NCBI GenBank assembly: GCA_965214705.1
Contig: CBDCCI010000002.1
Coordinates: 160,001-224,000 of the forward strand
From: Alphaproteobacteria bacterium
Lineage (GTDB): Bacteria; Pseudomonadota; Alphaproteobacteria; UBA828
Direction of reading: 5' to 3'
DNA: 64,000 nt
The position numbers were made by a program, and so were the translations under genes. The notes beneath the pieces were generated by a model. That model saw nothing but the letters and a program-made list of their open reading frames with translations. It ran no database searches and was not told the DNA's origin. Below are positions 61,009-64,000 of the stretch, piece after piece; the stretch's first letter is position 1; each line of letters begins with the position of its first letter.

Positions 61009-61653
61009 ATGGAAATTATCGCCGATCCGATCACCGTGAACTGCCGCAAGGTCCTCGCCGGCCTCAAGCTGATCGGTGCCGACTACACGCTGACCAAGGT
61101 CGACTACTTCAAGGGCGAGCAGAAGAGCCCCGAGGTCGTGGCGATCAATCCGAACGCCACGATCCCGGTCATGCGCGATGGCGACCTGGTCCTCTGGGAA
61201 TCGAACTCGATCCTGCAGTACGCCGCCGACAAGGTGGGCAATGCTAGTGCCTATCCCACCGACCTCGAGACCAGAGCCGACGTGAACCGCTGGCTGCTCT
61301 GGGAATGCGGGGCCTGGTTCCCGACCTGCTACGTCCACTTGGTCGAGAACTGCGTCAAGCCGCTTCTCGGCGATCAGGCGGACCCCGTGGTGCTCGATGG
61401 CGAGGCGCCGAACTTCCACAAGCTCGCCGGCATCATGGACGCGCGGCTCGCCGGGAGCGCCTACCTCTGCAGCGATCAGCCGACCATCGCTGACGTGGCG
61501 GTGGCGTCGCCGATGCACCTGCACGGCTGGGCCAAGCTGCCGCTCGACGATCACCCCAATGTCGTGCGCTGGATGACGAAGGGGATCGAGCCGCAGCTCT
61601 GGTGGAAGGCCACCCACGTGGGCGAGGGGTTTGTAGCGTCCGAGGCAGCCTGA
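61009..61653 (+). CDS. Glutathione S-transferase family protein
   Basis: INPNATIP, LWESNSI, PTIAD. Confidence 0.9.
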   Translation: MEIIADPITVNCRKVLAGLKLIGADYTLTKVDYFKGEQKSPEVVAINPNATIPVMRDGDLVLWESNSILQYAADKVGNASAYPTDLETRADVNRWLLWECGAWFPTCYVHLVENCVKPLLGDQADPVVLDGEAPNFHKLAGIMDARLAGSAYLCSDQPTIADVAVASPMHLHGWAKLPLDDHPNVVRWMTKGIEPQLWWKATHVGEGFVASEAA

Positions 61654-61707
61654 GCCCGGCGGCCGACCCACCGCCTCCTCTCGCCTAAAGCTGGAGCGAA
61701 GGCAGGG

Positions 61708-62475
61708 GTGAGCGAGAGAGACCTCTCAGGGCGCATTGCGCTGGTGACCGGCGGCTCGCGGGGCATCGGCCGCGCGATCTGCCTGCGGCTCGCAAAGGCC
61801 GGCGCGTGGGTGGCGATCAACCACTCGGCGAGCGATGAGGCCGCGGCGGAAACCCTGGCCGGGATCGAGGCCGGCGGCGGCGCGGGCGGCGTCTACAAGG
61901 CCGACGTCTCGTCGTTCGAGGCGACCGATGCGATGTTCGGGCGCATCGAGGCAGACCGTGGCCCGGTCGACCTCCTGGTCACCAACGCCGGCATCGCCTC
62001 ATTCCAGGACGATGTCGACATGCCGGTCGATCTCTGGCGCCGCATCCTCACGGTGAACCTGGACGGCACCTTTCACTGCGTGTGGCGTGCCAAGGCTGGC
62101 ATGATGGCGCGGGGCGACGGGCGCATCGTCTGCATCTCCTCGATCAACGGGCTGGCGCCGACCACGATGCGCTCGGACAGGCTGATCGCCTACGGCACGT
62201 CGAAGTCCGCCATCATCGGGTTCTCGCGCAACTGCGCGGTCGCGTTCGGGCCCGCGATCCGCGTCAACTGCGTGGCACCCGGCCTGGTCGACACGGACAT
62301 GACCAGCGGCATGAGCGACGAGATGCGCCAGCGCATCGTCGCCAGCACACCCGCCGGCCGGACCGGCACGCCGGACGACATCGCCGAGCTCACCTACTTT
62401 CTGCTGAGCGATGCCGCGAGCTTCATCACGGGCCAGACCTGCGTCGCCTCCGGCGGCCTCGTCACGCTGCCCTGA
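61708..62475 (+). CDS. SDR family oxidoreductase
   Basis: TGGSRGIG, TNAG, YGTSK. Confidence 0.9.
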   Translation: MSERDLSGRIALVTGGSRGIGRAICLRLAKAGAWVAINHSASDEAAAETLAGIEAGGGAGGVYKADVSSFEATDAMFGRIEADRGPVDLLVTNAGIASFQDDVDMPVDLWRRILTVNLDGTFHCVWRAKAGMMARGDGRIVCISSINGLAPTTMRSDRLIAYGTSKSAIIGFSRNCAVAFGPAIRVNCVAPGLVDTDMTSGMSDEMRQRIVASTPAGRTGTPDDIAELTYFLLSDAASFITGQTCVASGGLVTLP

Positions 62476-62718
62476 CGGGGTGGAGCAGAAAAACGATTGA
62501 GCGCCGCGTGCCCGGCTGCCGTTATCCGTGCGTGTCTCCGAAGGTGGCCAAAAAGAGAGCGGAACGATCGTTCAGGTTTTCGAACTCACGCCCTTCATTT
62601 GTGCCGTGGCGTTACGGATCATATTCTCCGAAAATGTGACCATTACGCGTCAACATAGCATAGAATTGGGAAGGGTTAAGAAGCCGTACCTAGCAAAGAC
62701 AATATGCGTGATTTTCTG

Positions 62719-62747
62719 TTGACTTAATCGAAAATTTCACTTAATAT
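62719..62747 (+). promoter_or_regulatory. Sigma70-type promoter
   Basis: TTGACT-N17-TAATAT in AT-rich DNA; predicted start near 62753-62754. Confidence 0.7.
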
Positions 62748-62752
62748 TTTCT

Positions 62753-63367
62753 ACAGTCTCGACATATAAATGTCGAGACTGTTCGTCAATTGTCGGTATT
62801 AGGGTAGTCGTACTCGTTGTTGCTGTGTGGTTGATTGGTTTTCTGGAAGGGTCGCCCAGGCGAGCGCGCGCTCGCCTGGGTAGTTCCGGCAGGCACGGTC
62901 GCGCTCAACATTGCGTCCACTGGCACGAATCAGGGATGACAGGCCGGGCGCGGCTCGGTGCGCGACGCGCTTACGGCACTTCTCGAGATGTGATCGTTAC
63001 AGGCTGGGAATCAGAGGATGTCCGCGCGTTCTGGCGCGCGGCGGTGCTACTCAATCCGCCGTTATCGACGCCTCTCATGCATGGTAATGAAGAGGCCCCG
63101 TCGGGAGGCCTCAAGGAGGCACTGTCCCGCGTTACAACGCGGAGGCAACCGGACGAACAGCCACGCGATACGGCGATAACGCCTGTCATTTCCTTCAGTT
63201 TTGGAGCGGCCCTTCATCTGCCCTGTTTCGCGAACCGACGGGCGGGTGCTCACGCGCGCTACTCTGTGATTCCGGCGCGTTACGCGGTGAAGCCGCCACG
63301 GTGCGCGGTGATGACGGCATTCGTGTGCCTCTTCGGCCCCGCGCGCTTGGGATGTGACGGCCGTGCC
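62753..63367 (+). ncRNA. Candidate large structured leader/ncRNA upstream of the integrase
   Basis: Two long palindromes plus nested long-range helices 62892-62901/63358-63367, 62924-62930/63319-63325, 62936-62944/63181-63189 and 63061-63067/63174-63180; no recognisable protein. Confidence 0.5.
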
Positions 63368-64000
63368 GCGACGTAGCACGCTGACGCTGTCGGGCCGGTC
63401 GGTGGACCGGCTCTCGGTCGAGGGCAGGGACCGGATCTTCTGGGACCGCGAGCTGGCGGGCTTCGGGGTCCGCGTCTACCCCTCGGGGCGGAAGGTCTAC
63501 GTCGTCCAGAGCCGGGCCCAAGGCGGGCCCAGGCGGGTGACGCTGGGTACCCACGGCGAGCTCACCACGACCCAAGCCAGGCTGCGCGCCGCCCAGGCCA
63601 TCGACCGCATCAAGCGGGGCGAGGAGCCCGCAGCACCGCCTGCCCAGGCCGGCGCCACCATCGCCGACCTCGCCGCCCGCTACCTGAGCGCCCATGTCGC
63701 GCAGAACTGCAACGCCCATACCGCCGGCATCTACCGGGGATCGCTGGAGAACCACATCCTGCCTGCCCTCGGCATGATGCCGCTCGCCATGGTCGAGACC
63801 GCCCACGTCGCGGCCTTGCACTACCGGCTGCGCTCTACGCCAAGGGCCGCCAACCGCGCGCTCTCGGTCCTCTCCAAGATGTTCTCCCTCGCGGCTGCCT
63901 GGGGCCTGGTGGCCGACGGCACCAACCCCTGCCGGGGCGTGCGCAAATACAAGGAGAAGAAGCGCGAGCGCTTCCTCACCCGCGACGAGTACCGCAGGTT
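63363..64000 (+). CDS. Tyrosine recombinase/integrase with N-terminal arm-binding domain (3'-truncated by window edge)
   Basis: Manual translation: WDRELAGFGVRVYPSGRKVYVVQ, HILPALG, AANRALSVLSKMF, NPCRGV..YKEKKRERFL; open to the window end and absent from the ORF track. Confidence 0.9.
   Translation, partial: MPRRSTLTLSGRSVDRLSVEGRDRIFWDRELAGFGVRVYPSGRKVYVVQSRAQGGPRRVTLGTHGELTTTQARLRAAQAIDRIKRGEEPAAPPAQAGATIADLAARYLSAHVAQNCNAHTAGIYRGSLENHILPALGMMPLAMVETAHVAALHYRLRSTPRAANRALSVLSKMFSLAAAWGLVADGTNPCRGVRKYKEKKRERFLTRDEYRR

Noticed and set aside
63274-63306. Hairpin resembling group II intron domain V
   Set aside because: The bulge geometry does not match, no domain VI or intron 3' end follows, and there is no reverse transcriptase; treated as part of the unknown leader.
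62825-63379. 183-aa (+) and 105-aa (-) ORFs in the integrase leader
   Set aside because: No recognisable motifs or RBS and atypical composition; probably chance ORFs, although not formally excluded.

Overview
High-GC alphaproteobacterial chromosome segment; the fabI-aroC, rpoH-rluD and rlmE-ppx-tRNA-Gln arrangements suggest a Rhodospirillales-like organism (inference). It mixes housekeeping genes with catabolic loci: two hydantoinase/oxoprolinase AB pairs, a nicotinate-type Mo-hydroxylase/6-hydroxynicotinate reductase operon, a trimethylamine dehydrogenase locus with a triple GntR-type operator, an orphan ureE-ureG pair, and a LytTR/DUF2141/carotenoid-oxygenase module. The most unusual signals are non-coding or structural. 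(1) Two integrase-less cargo insertions are each bracketed by a diverged, mostly synonymously recoded duplicate of the upstream gene's 3' end. (2) A ~610-nt ORF-poor leader with its own promoter and nested long-range helices pairs over the start codon of a tyrosine integrase at the right edge. (3) A candidate convergent small RNA overlaps the end of a DUF3800 gene. (4) A 149-bp IS5-type MITE is inserted in frame inside a serine hydrolase gene that also gains a candidate IS-derived hybrid promoter. (5) Two families of ~100-bp multi-hairpin dispersed repeats show compensatory changes between copies. All pairings and alignments were done by eye; no database search was run.
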